A program made the translations under genes and the position numbers. A stretch of DNA of 64,000 bases from Haliotis rufescens. Taxonomy: Eukaryota. The notes under the pieces were generated by a model. The model was not told the origin of the DNA and ran no database searches. It saw only the letters and a list, made by a program, of their open reading frames with translations. Positions 36,410-48,765 of this stretch are shown here, in pieces. The DNA lies in NCBI RefSeq assembly GCF_023055435.1, contig NW_025963857.1, positions 11,842,001 through 11,906,000 of the forward strand, read 5' to 3'. Each line of letters begins with the position of its first letter. Within the stretch, counting starts at the first letter, position 1.

Positions 36410-38150
36410 TTCATTTAACTGTCTAACCGAGATGTGAACATTACGTCGTTATGTCTGAACCGATACTTTAACACTTCATCTAGCTGTCTAAACTGAGATC
36501 TGAAAATTCCGTCTATATGTCTGAACCGATACTTTAACATTTCATCTAGCTGTCTAAACTGAGATCTGAAAATTCCGTCTATATGTCTGAACCGATACTT
36601 TAACACTTCATCTAGCAGTCTAAACTGAGATCTGAACATTATGTCTATATGTCTGAACCGATACTTTACAACTCATCTAGCTGTCTAAACCGAGATCTGA
36701 AAATTCCGTCTATATGTCTGAACCGATACTTTAACACTTCATCTAGCTGTCTAAACCGAGATCTGAACATTCCGCCTATATGTCTGAACCGATACTTTAA
36801 CACTTCATCTAGCTGTCTAAACGGAGATCTGAACATTCCGTCTATATGTCTGAACCGATACTTTAACACTTCATCCAGCTGTCTAAACTGAGATCTGAAC
36901 ATTCCGTCTATATGTCTGAACCGATACTTTAACACTTCATCTAGCTGTCTAAACCGAGATCTGAACATTCCGTCTATATGTCTGAACCGATACTTTAACA
37001 CTTCATCTAGCTGTCTAAACCGAGATCTGAACATTCCGTCTATATGTCTGAACCGATACTTTAACACTTCATCTAGCTGTCTAAACCGAGATCTGAACAT
37101 TCCGTCTATATGTCTGAACCGATACTTTAACACTTCATCCAGCTGTCTAAACTGAGATCTGAACATTCCGTCTATATGTCTGAACCGATACTTTAACATT
37201 TCATCTAGCTGTCTAAACTGAGATCTGAAAATTCCGTCTATATGTCTGAACCGATACTTTAACACTTCATCTAGCTGTCTAAACTGAGATCTGAACATTA
37301 TGTCTATATGTCTGAACCGATACTTTACAACTCATCTAGCTGTCTAAACCGAGATCTGAAAATTCCGTCTATATGTCTGAACCGATACTTTAACACTTCA
37401 TCTAGCTGTCTAAACCGAGATCTGAACATTCCGCCTATATGTCTGAACCGATACTTTAACACTTCATCTAGCTGTCTAAACGGAGATCTGAACATTCCGT
37501 CTATATGTCTGAACCGATACTTTAACACTTCATCCAGCTGTCTAAACCGAGATCTGAAAATTCCGTCTATATGTCTGAACCGATACTTTAACACTTCATC
37601 TAGCTGTCTAAACTGAGATCTGAACATTCCGTCTATATGTCTGAACCGATACTTTAACACTTCATCTAGCTGTCTAAACCGAGATCTGAACATTCCGTCT
37701 ATATGTCTGAACCGATACTTTAACACTTCATCTAGCTGTCTAAACTGAGATCTGAACATTATGTCTATATGTCTGAACCGATACTTTACACTTCATCTAG
37801 CTGTCTAAACCGAGATCTGAACATTCCGTCTATATGTCTGAACCGATACTTTAACACTTCATCCAGCTGTCTAAACTGAGATCTGAACATTATGTCTATA
37901 TGTCTGAACCGATACTTTAACATTTCATCTAGCTGTCTAAACCGAGATCTGAACATTATGTCTATATGTCTGAACCGATACTTTACACTTCATCTAGCTG
38001 TCTAAACCGAGATCTGAACATTCCGTCTATATGTCTGAACCGATACTTTAACACTTCATCTAGCTGTCTAAACTGAGATCTGAACATTCCGTCTATATGT
38101 CTGAACCGATACTTTAACACTTCATCTAGCTGTCTAAACTGAGATTCGGA
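36410..38150. repeat. 66-bp satellite (dimer of diverged 33-mers), about 26 copies
   Basis: ATCTAGCTGTCTAAACCGAGATCTGAACATTCC + GTCTATATGTCTGAACCGATACTTTAACACTTC. Confidence 0.95.
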
Positions 38151-38275
38151 CTTTCGGTCTAACTGCTAGTCTCTCTCACAGACCCCAGAGCGTGTGTTTA
38201 ATAAAACATTCACGTACGTTCCATCCCACCCCTTATCCCCTCAATTCGATCAGCCAATACCCATACCATTCTGAA

Positions 38276-38425
38276 GTGAGTGAGTTGGGGTGAACGCCGC
38301 TTTTAACAATATTCCAGTAAAATCAATCAGTTGATGTGTGTTGATGCTGAAGTGATGCAGGTCTCAGACGTTTACCACTTTGGTGAAACCCACGAGCACG
38401 GGTATGGTACTGACAAACCAAGAAA
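38276..38425 (-). mobile_element. Family D SINE, 3' part
   Basis: TGATGCAGGTCTCAGACGTTTACCACT and shared tail. Confidence 0.75.
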
Positions 38426-38987
38426 ACTGCCACCCCCACCCGTCTAAACCATACTCGATTAAAGACACTCAATCCTACTGCTAGTCTCTCTTATGGGCCC
38501 CACAGCACATATATAATACACAATCACCGCCATATCATGCCGCTCTCCATCCTCTTCTCAGCTCTGTCAGCCTTTACTCGTATCATTCTGAGCTTCCTGA
38601 AATTAAGAGACTCGAGATGTCCTTAATACTAGAGGATTCGTTGACATTTCATCTACGGGAACGACAATTTCCTATTCTTGGGTGGGGTGTGGGGGAATGG
38701 ATGGGGAGCTGGGGACTAGACATTAACCTAATTAAATTTTATATTGTATAGAAATTCACCTTGCACCAGACAATTGTTTTTAACAGTCTGAAGCATAATT
38801 ATTTTTCTGTGAAAGAATTTTCTGTGACCTCCCACCCAGACTATCACATGGTCGATCCCTAACTGTCTGAACTGACATACATCTAAACATTCAACCTGTC
38901 TAAACCGACTTTCCAATCTTTTTCTTAACAGACATCTGATTCCACCTACACCCTCCCAGACAGACATATTAATCCAGTATTTTCCTT

Positions 38988-39163
38988 NNNNNNNNNNNNN
39001 NNNNNNNNNNNNNNNNNNNNNNNNNNNNNNNNNNNNNNNNNNNNNNNNNNNNNNNNNNNNNNNNNNNNNNNNNNNNNNNNNNNNNNNNNNNNNNNNNNNN
39101 NNNNNNNNNNNNNNNNNNNNNNNNNNNNNNNNNNNNNNNNNNNNNNNNNNNNNNNNNNNNNNN
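38988..39163. other. Assembly gap (N run)
   Basis: Run of n. Confidence 1.
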
Positions 39164-40091
39164 GCAATCCCTTAAAAACTGTTCACTAACATATTTCAAT
39201 ATAGATAATGTTTTATTTCGTCCAATCAGCATTAACAAACATTTTACATACGTCAACAGCATAAATGGCATTATGACATTAAACATTCTTAAACTAAAAT
39301 GCTACATATCATTATGTGTAATGTCACATATGGTTTTCAAAGGAGAGAACCTTCAGGTTGACAGGAGAATTATGGAACAGACAGAAGTGTCTTTATATAT
39401 AGTTGTAACGAAATGCTGTAATACATCAGAACAGACACAAAAGGTCGAAGAAAAGAAGACAAGAAGAAATCAATAACAAATCAAGAGTAATGAATGTATT
39501 TGAATACATTTATATTAATATACAAGATATTCATTTCCCCCACTAGACATGGTGACGGAGCTGATATAGGCTTCCAGTCGGTAACACTCTTGATCTCCGT
39601 GCTGCTGTCTCCGTGTACCTGCTTTGTTTTTGCGCATTGTATAATTTTTAATGAATTTTTGAAGATTTATTTCCAAATTGCATTCGTGTTTATGCGGACT
39701 TCTAAAAGGTCCGTTGCACATACAAACAATAACAGAAAAATACTGTGGTCACACGGTATCTCTCCACTGGGGCTTGTATTAATTACATTAAATTGTTAGT
39801 TATGCTCAATTATCAAGCTTAATGAAAGTATTTGCCAAAGTTATGACTCATATCTGAAACAATATCGGTTAAAATTGTGATACAATGAACACGTTATAAG
39901 TAAATGGAAACCAGTTGTAATTAGATCGTCAATCACTACCACGTTTTATTCACGAAATGATATATGTTATACACTGACGTAAGATAGGTATACAGTTTTG
40001 ACATTCAGAGAAACCCTAGTACATCGAAGTCGCTTAAGTCGATATATCGTTCAACACGTCGCCGCTTCGTGATCCCAACAGTATCCGTGAT

Positions 40092-40812
40092 TGAGAGAGA
40101 GGAGAGGAGAGAGTGGGTCGGAAGAAAACGGGAATGAGAGAGGGACAGTGAGACTTAAGAGAACGGGAATGAGAGAGGGGGAGGAGAGAGTGGGACGGAA
40201 GAGAACGGGAATTAGAGAGGAGAGAGTGGGACGGAAGAGAACGGGAATGAGAGAGGAGAGAGTGGGATGTAAGAGAACGGGAATGAGAGAGTGAGAGGAG
40301 AGAGTGAGACGGAAGAGAACGGAAATGAGAGAGGGAGAGGAGAGAGTGGGACGGAAGAGAACGGGAATGAGAGAGGAGAGAGTGGGTCGGAAGAGAACGG
40401 GCATTAGAGAGGAGAGAGTGGGACGGAAGAGAACGGGAATGAGAGAGGAGAGAGTGGGTCGGAAGAGAACGGGCATTAGAGAGGAGAGAGTGGGACGGAA
40501 GAGAACGGGAATGAGAGAGGAGAGAGTGGGTCGGAAGAGAACGGGCATTAGAGAGGAGAGAGTGGGACGGAAGAGAACGGGAATGAGAGAGGAGAGAGTG
40601 GGTCGGAAGAGAACGGGCATTAGAGAGGAGAGAGTGGGACGGAAGAGAACGGGAATGAGAGAGGAGAGAGTGGGTCGGAAGAGAACGGGCATTAGAGAGG
40701 AGAGAGTGGGGCGGAAGAGAACGGGAATGAGAGAGGGAGAGAAGGGAGTGGGACGGAAGAGAACGGGAATGAGAGAATGGAGTGGGACGGAAGAGAACGG
40801 GAATGAGAGAGG
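40092..40812. repeat. Purine-rich 36-bp minisatellite with alternating two-unit pattern
   Basis: GAGAGGAGAGAGTGGG(A/T)CGGAAGAGAACGGG(AATG/CATT)A. Confidence 0.95.
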
Positions 40813-41954
40813 GAGAGGAGTGCAACGGAAGAAAACGCAGGGGTGGGGACGGGGAGTGAGAGACAAGGAGGGAGGGAGGGAGGGAGTGGGTATAGGGAGA
40901 GCGTGGTGTCGGGGAGAGCGAGGAGGGAACCAGTAGGTGTTCTACAGCTGATGGTTTTACAGGGAAACTTGTCAGCGCGTTGCAGATAACAGAAAGTAAG
41001 CACGCATCGTATACACCATAAAACCATATCTATTTCACGTCACTTATGGAGTTCATGAGGGTTGAATTTGAAAGGATGCAGTGACAGTGTGATGGTGATG
41101 ATCTTGTTTATGAAGCGTTGTTCTCGAGATGGTAAAAAATTCCCAAAGGTCGTATGGCTGAATCGTCAAGATAAGTCGAAATTCATCATGCAAGGAGCTA
41201 ATTATAGAGAGGATGTACAAAAAAGTCGTAAACAAGGAAATAAATAATCTGATAAATAAGTTGTATGTTGCTGTTTTTATACGATTTATGGTTTGAAAAC
41301 TTCACTGAGATAAGCGGCTGGTAATATTCAATTGTAAATCTCACATTTGTGAAATTTTGTAAGCTAAATATTAAAAGGTTTTAAACTGCCATCGATCCAA
41401 CAGGAGCTTACTATATGTATGTTCTATTGGTTATACAGTCGAATTCGATAGCCGAGAAATACGATGAACCGACGATACGTTGTGCGTCTATAATGTTTAT
41501 TATTTATGCAGACAGCGATAGCCACGGCCTTGTGTTGTCTGAAGACAACTTATGTTTTGCATAGTTTTAATGATTTCACAGCAAGCTGGACTCTGCGTGC
41601 AAAGACATACGAGCGACAAATAAACGTTAGCTTTTAACTCGAAAATCAGACATGATTTAAAAATGGAATTCACCGGGCGCAAACTATTACATTATGTAGG
41701 CATGAAAAATGGAGTGGCAATGTACAGGGCCATGTAATATCGTGGACAATTAACATGAATAAATGATGTCAAAAAAAACAAAAAAATGGAATGGAAGTAA
41801 ATAGTATGCACTGCGAGTTCGATGGGATACAAAGTAATATGAAATATGAATAAAAAAATCAATTTAATTTAGCTTCTTCAGCAGGCACATATATTTAACA
41901 ATTCGTATCCGATTTTCTTTTCGCAATTAATAAGTTTTGGTTCAAGTAAGGAAA

Positions 41955-42161
41955 GTCCCATCCAATTTTCGTTCGCATATGCTATTTTTCTGTGTTGCAG
42001 TTGTCCCCCTTTTCGTCCCATGTTCATGCCACGGATTACGTGCCGACGGCTTGGATAGTTGCTCACAATATCAATCACCGGATTGTCTGGACCAGATTCG
42101 ATTATTTACAGACCACCGTCATATAGCCGGAATATTGCTGAATGCGGCGATAAACAACAAA
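41955..42161 (+). mobile_element. Chimeric element: unrelated 5' segment plus family A 3' part; second copy 46047-46280
   Basis: CCATCCAATTTTC.TTCGCATATGCTAT...CATGTTCATGCCACGGATTACGTGCC shared by both copies. Confidence 0.7.
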
Positions 42162-42419
42162 GGAAGTTGATAGAAAATAACAAGACACTTTTATGAATAA
42201 CAACTTCTTTATTTTGTGTAACCAGGTTTCAGAGTAATTTCTTGCTCCTTCATTAATTCAATTTCAGTTCTATACTATCAAATCAACAACGACTTTGGTA
42301 CAACAGCATTTATTTACAACAATCAGAACACTATGATTTCAGATTACCGTATGTAATGTAATGCATGTTCTCTGGGGCACCATACGGACTGCTCTGACAG
42401 ACATTCAGAGAGAGATATT

Positions 42420-42569
42420 CTTACTTGAAATTTAATAGAATGAACTTCTGAATATTGGATTGCTGAAAAATATTTTATGTTACAGATAACTTAGTTTATA
42501 GACGAAAGGTTTTCAGAAACATACATTGTTTGAAAGTTCAGAAGTTCATTCTATAAAATTTCAAGTAAG
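42420..42569. mobile_element. Palindromic MITE
   Basis: 33-bp TIR CTTACTTGAAATTT(A/T)ATAGAATGAACTTCTGAA with one mismatch. Confidence 0.75.
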
Positions 42570-42738
42570 TTTCATTGGTCGGTCAATGTTCGCGAAAGGT
42601 CGTTCCGACGTGACCCATAATGGGATGTCCTCAGATCTTTGTTTATCGGTAGCGAAAACTAAGATCTGATTTAATGAGATTGACTCACATACTCGAACTA
42701 CGGTTGGTGTCCGGCACCTCAGTGCTGGTCGTAAGAGG

Positions 42739-43088
42739 TGAGGTGAAATGGGGTTTAACGTCGCGTCCGAGATTATTGCACTTATATAGCGACGTGCATG
42801 TACGCGTGTGTGTTTGTGTGGCTGCTTGTACTAGTCCGGACTGATGCCAATTTATAGTGCTAGCTCACTGAGATACCATGCCGCAGTTTAACATGAATAC
42901 CCCACTCAGACACAGTATACTGACTCCGAGCCGACCAGTCCTTGTTTTAGCCCCTCAATGCCGAGCGCCAGACAGGGTAACAACAAGTACCATCGTTCAA
43001 CGTCTTTTGGTATGACGCGGTCGGGGATCGAACCCCGGACCTTCCGCTCTCCGGGCGGACGCTCTACCACTAGACCACGGAGGCGGTC
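42739..43088 (-). mobile_element. Family C SINE, full length with 15-bp TSD
   Basis: GCTGGTCGTAAGAGG at 42724-42738 and 43089-43103; A box TGGTCTAGTGG, B box GGTTCGATCCC; GTCATACCAAAAGACGTT..GATGGTACT Meta-like core. Confidence 0.92.
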
Positions 43089-43145
43089 GCTGGTCGTAAG
43101 AGGAGACAGCATAACAACGGGCAGTTTGGCCCTCTGACTGGGCTG

Positions 43146-43282
43146 CGTCACGCCGAAGACCCGGGTTCGAATCCCGACATGGGTACAATGTGTGAAGCCC
43201 ATTTCTGGTGTCCCCCTCCGTGCTATTGCTGGAATATTGCTAAAAGGGGCGTAAAACCAAACTTACTCACTCACTCACTCAC
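43146..43282 (+). mobile_element. Family B SINE, 5' truncated with TSD
   Basis: Flanked by TCTGACTGGGCTG. Confidence 0.88.
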
Positions 43283-43389
43283 TCTGACTGGGCTGGCTGT
43301 GTGCCATCACGCCCCACTGGCCTGGATCGTTCATGTGTATCCAGTCACTGGCTTATGAGACCCAGACTCGATTATTTACTGGACGTGAT

Positions 43390-43543
43390 GTTTGTTGGTT
43401 TGTTTGTTGTTTAACGCCCCTCTCAGCAATATTCCAGCTATATGACGGCGGTCTGTAAATAATCGAGTCTGGACCAGACAATCCAGTGATTGACAACATG
43501 AGCATCAATCCATGCAATTGAGATCTATGACATGCATCAACCA
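43390..43543 (-). mobile_element. Family A element, 3' half
   Basis: Similarity to 4822-5087. Confidence 0.8.
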
Positions 43544-44704
43544 AAAGAAAAGTTAACTACGGCCTTGGGTATTCACCATGGTTGATGCTGGCTAAACATG
43601 AAACAAACAAGAGGTGGTTATTCGCTGGTGAAAAACTTTGGTCACATTCAATTTACAAGCGTATGCTTTCTTTTGGTCGGGATTGTTGAAATAGTGCTGA
43701 CGTCACTATGCAGAATTCACTCATTTACTTTGCCGATTGCGTGTACTTTCACTGTCGACAGCTGGTTACCGCGAAAATCCATTTCCTTATAGATGACATT
43801 ATCATGTTTCTAGAATATCAACATTATCGGCACCTGTTCGCTAACCGACGTTTGTCAAATGTCATGTATATTTCACTTGTCCTATTCCTCCCCTCCCTTA
43901 AGGCGGGGAATTGTAGAGGTTAGTTTAATTTTATAGCATGTATTTCGCCATTTTAGTTTAATGAAATTTAAAATAACACCGTAATAGTAACGAAATATAA
44001 AAAATAATGTGCATAAAATGTTATTGCTATTTTTTTCCAGCATTAAGAGATGCTTCATCATAATCTTTATGGAGCTAATTGCTGTTTCTGGTAATTATGT
44101 ACATAAGTGCCATTAAAAAATCCTTTATCTGATAACCACATTTCGTTTTTTTCTCAAGGACTAATTTTCGGTCACGGTCTGTACAAAAGAAGAACTATAA
44201 CCCGGAAATCGTCATTAACAAAATAATATATTCCTCAGTAATCAAATAAAATATTTTTAATTTGCTTATCTTTAATGAATGATGAACAATGTCAACATCT
44301 TTGATTACATGTAACATGGCTCAATTCTACGTATTACTTACCACACTGCTGATTGTTGTGTGGATGCTCATGTTCACAATAAAAATGATCAGAATTGCTT
44401 GTTTTTTCCATATTTTATATTAACCCCTGCTCTCGATCCTCATAACCCCGAGGGCCACGAGGGATATTTTGGTCATAATCAGTTACCGCCAGCAACTCTT
44501 TCTTGTGGAAGTGTTAACGTAACAGATAAGTTTTATGGCCCAGTCACAGGCTCTCCAAATAATCAAGCAGTGATAACAAATGTCATAGTATCATTTCAAC
44601 AAGCAATATTGATAACTTACTTCTGTGTGGTACTATGGTTGAATTGTTAAGTTACGTCTCAACAGTATATCAATCACCATCATATTAACTAACACCAGTC
44701 ATTG

Positions 44705-44903
44705 TTACTTGCCGTAAAAGGTGACTATGCTGGTCGTAAAAGGCGACTAACGGGATCGGGTGATCGGGTGGCCGTATCCCAATTGCATCGATCGATGCTC
44801 ATGATATCAATCACTGGATTGTCTGGTTCAGACTCGATTATTTACAGACCGTTGTCATATAGCTGGAATATTGCTGAGTGCGGCGTAAAACAACAAACAA
44901 ACC
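44705..44903 (+). mobile_element. Family A element, truncated and internally deleted
   Basis: CTTGCCGTAAAAGG...GGCGTAAAACAACAAAC. Confidence 0.8.
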
Positions 44904-45616
44904 ATTTGAAAATCTCTACATTGAAATTGAACTCGCAATTACACTTCAAAGTTGGTGGTGCGATACTTTTGAATGGGTGTATATTATCCGAGTACAAGCA
45001 TCTGCCATTATTGTTGACAGTTTCGATGCTTTTTCCACATACATTGTATTTATTTTTGTGCAAGCAAGTGCAGCCATTACAAAAAAATCTTATTAAAATA
45101 CAGCTACTATGCAAATGGAGCTCCTACATTCCGTATTTTCTCCCCTTTAATTTGCCATGCATTAAACTTTAATTCCTTACGTCAATAACATCATAATTAT
45201 GCATTTCTGAGACATCACGTGTTACGGGGAACTTAGGATGCTGTGCGTGAGCGTTTTCTTGTATATGTTGATATAGTCTACATTCACAGCATGGTGAGCT
45301 GTGCTAATGGAGAACCATGTGGTTCATTTGATTGAGTCCATCTACATCCAGGACAAATTTTCTGTGTGGCAATTGGTGAAAGACATGATTATCGTCAACT
45401 AATTATACCGATAACGCGGCTGCTATCAGAAGATTCGTTTTTTTACATTAATGCAGTCAATAGATAACAGATGCTGGGGCAACGTAATCCGTTTCATTAA
45501 AACAGTGCATGTGTACGCATGGTCAAGTCTGGTGAAGTCACGATTCTCGGTATAGTGCAGCCCCGGCCCACTTAGTCATTGGTCACTCTTCACATAGTGT
45601 GTTAGGATTCTACTTC

Positions 45617-45618
<2 letters not shown>

Positions 45619-45670
<52 letters not shown>

Positions 45671-45907
45671 TTCACTGTGCAGGGTTGCGTCCCTTGGGCA
45701 CGCCAGAAACCTATGATTGTGGGTTCGAATTCCGGTTCGACCCGATTATGTTTCTAGGTTTGTCAGTACCATACCCGTGCTCGTGGGTTTCACCGTGGTA
45801 AACGTCTGAGACCTGCATCACTCCGGGCCTTCCTCCCACATTAAGCTGACCCGGCGTGATGTAACTTGAATAATGTTAAAAGCGGCGTTAAACCCAACTC
45901 ACTCACT
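45619..45907 (+). mobile_element. Family D SINE with (GT)n in place of its 5' end
   Basis: Flanked by TCTACTTC(G/A)GG; B box and V-like core. Confidence 0.82.
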
Positions 45908-46306
45908 CTACTTCAGGCCTGAGTCCGCGTGGTCCTGATCAACGAAGCGAGTGAGGACTGAGTGAACGTTGTTTGACGCCGCAGTTAGCATTTTTGCAGC
46001 GACATCACGGCGGTCTGTAAAATCTGATCAGAGAAACCGGTGACTGGACCCATCCAATTTTCCTTCGCATATGCTATATTTCAGTGTTGCAGTTGTCTCC
46101 CTTTTCGTCCCATGTTCATGCCACGGATTACGTGCCATCGCACCCCGACAGCTTGGATATTTGCTCAAATTATCAATCACCGGATTGTCTGGACCAGATT
46201 CGATTATTTACTGACCGCCGTCATTCAGCCGGAATACTGTTTGAATACTGCTGAGTGCGGCGTTAAAAAACAAACGGACAAAATCTAACTAAGTGGGTTC
46301 CATGAA

Positions 46307-46592
46307 GTGATCCCAGCATTACGACTACCGTATGTGATCCCAGCATTACGACTACCGTATGTGATCCCAGCATTACGACTACCGTATGTGATCACAGCAT
46401 TACGACTTCCGTATGTGATCCCAGCATTACGACTACCCTATGTGATCCCAGCATTACGACTACCGTATGTGATCCCAGCATTACGACTACCGTATGTGAT
46501 CCCAGCATTACGACTACCGTATGTGATCCTAGCATTACGACTACCATAACGCGAGCCTAGTGTTACGACTACCGTATGTGATCCCAGCACTA
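46307..46592. repeat. 27-bp minisatellite (GTGATCCCAGCATTACGACTACCGTAT), about 10 copies
   Basis: Direct inspection. Confidence 0.95.
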
Positions 46593-47889
46593 CGATTAAC
46601 GCCGTATCCCGAAATATTGTATTATTTTTACACTAGGAATACCGTAAACCATTCGATACCAGTACACATACTGTGAAAGAATCACTTTTTTATACTCGAT
46701 CACGCCTCAAAATATAAGAAGTTCTGCCTGATATTCTAAATTCTAGGTAATGAATAATGCAATGACACTATTTAATATCTAGAATAAAATTACACAACTA
46801 TTATGTTATGCAAGGGTTATATTTGGCAATGGTGAGTGAGTGAGTGAGTGAGTTAGTGTGAGTGAGTGAGTGAGTGAGTGAGTTGTTTAATCATTCATTA
46901 AGATTCTGATGCGAATGTAATGACATGATTAGGTGATCATATTTCATACATGCAAGTCAATCAGTAGTTCGTTCTCCGTTGAACACCTGGTGTTAACGTA
47001 ATTGAATCTATGCGTGTGAGATATCTTGGATATCTTTGTCTGGTTAAGTACTCTGTTACCGGTGACACAGATGCAGTATACGACAATGATATAAGGCCAC
47101 ATAAAAATTTGTTGTTTCTCATAATATTTTAAAAAGACAATTCCATTTCCCAACCACTCCAAAAATGTGTAACTTTCGAATTGAAAATAACCAGAAACGA
47201 ATTTAAAAAAGGCAAAACTACTCTTATGTTTGGGCTGACTTTGTCGGTCGGTCGGTGATGAGAAACAAGAGATATTACACACGTGGCCCTATCTTGTTGG
47301 CGGGCACTGAACTCACGTAGACTCGGCGTCCTTCGATCTCAGTAACGCCGGAGAGGCAGAATTTTTTTCCCTATTCACCCGCAGTTACATGACAACAACA
47401 AATAGGGTATACGGTATTTATTGTGTTGCAGTGTTTCGCATGACCGTGCTATATTCTCCTGGTGGGCGCGTGTACACCTATGGCTTTATACATAGGTTTC
47501 CTGTACACGGCTGGTCTCGTGATGTGTGTGAAGGTTCGTTGATTGAAACATGTTATGTTAACTAAACACGTGGTCACCGATCACGGAGACATGTACGTAA
47601 GTCAAATATATCCAATATAGCCCAGGCAGGTCTGTAGTTTGCACGTCAAGATAACGGTAAAAAATGAAGAGAGTCTCTGGGCTCCTTTCGTTATATTGTA
47701 TTAAGATAATTGATCAGGGTTTTTTTTCACAGTGTTTCGCTTTATTATATGCATACCGACGTAATCACACACGCGAACGGATTCTGTTCTTTCAGGTTTG
47801 GAGGCTGAGAGAGTTTTGGTTATACAAGGCTGAGGATCTTGTATTATCCTTCATACAATTCCGACAAATCCTAATATAATTGACCCAAT

Positions 47890-48112
47890 CCCGATCCGGG
47901 TTTGAATAGGCCTTCAGCAACACATGCTTGTTGTAAGATACGACTAACGGGATTGGGTGGTCAGGCTCGCTGACTTGGTTGATGCATGTCATCGTATCCA
48001 CCTTGCGTAGATCGTTGCACATGATATCAATCACTGGATTGTCTGGTCAATACTCGATTATTTACAGACCGTCATGATATAGCTGGAATATTGCGGCGTT
48101 AAACAAAAAAAA
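47890..48112 (+). mobile_element. Family A element (single-hairpin variant)
   Basis: GATCCGGGTTTGAATAGGCCTTCAGCAAC...GGCGTTAAAC. Confidence 0.8.
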
Positions 48113-48689
48113 AACAAAGCAAAAAACTAAAAGACCTTAATAAATGATTTGAGCCTGTTATATTACCTTCTTTAATAAACTAAGAGAGCCACATTCAAAG
48201 CGGTTCCAGGTACAACACGGGAGGAAATGGTTACAATATAGTTCTTTTAATATCCATCAATACACGAGTGACGCTAGTTTGTCACTAATCACCAGACATA
48301 CAAGTAGCTTTGAGCGGAGTAATTGATTATAGTGGAATTAAGACTGAGGTGTTTTTCAACATTTGGGCCTGACATTATGCCCTTATGCTGTACTAGAACT
48401 CAACAGGAGCCTCCACGGGTCAACATAACGCTTCATGTATAGCCTGATCGGAAATAAAAGCACTTCAACAATACCCTGTCTTCCTGTATCTAAAGTCTAC
48501 CTCCGTCAGATCCACACATTATGCATTATTTATAGACATTTAATCTTTTTTCGGCCTCCCTTTCCTGCGTCTATAACACAAAATGCAAACGGACATCCGA
48601 GAGAGCGCGTCTCGACAGGAAAGTGCTCTGTGATATCACTCACGCCGATCTCTTCGTATTTGTGTGACGCTCAATCAGGGGAGGTAATT

Positions 48690-48765
48690 ATGACCTTCTT
48701 CCGCCATCTTGACCCGGTCACGTGACCTTTCCCCGTTGCGTTCCGTCCAGTTTGTGAGAGTAACT
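48690..48765 (+). promoter_or_regulatory. Core-promoter-like cluster
   Basis: YY1-type CCGCCATCTT 48701-48710, palindromic E-box GGTCACGTGACC 48716-48727, pyrimidine initiator-like CCTTTCCCC. Confidence 0.45.

Noticed and set aside
36415-37759. Repetitive ORFs FRQLDEVLKYRFRHIDG
   Set aside because: Translation of the 66-bp satellite, broken by 1-nt indels
38946-39286. ORFs containing X runs (also 51214-51653)
   Set aside because: Artefacts of assembly gaps
40034-40936. Arg/Glu- and Ser-rich ORFs
   Set aside because: Translation of the 36-bp purine-rich array
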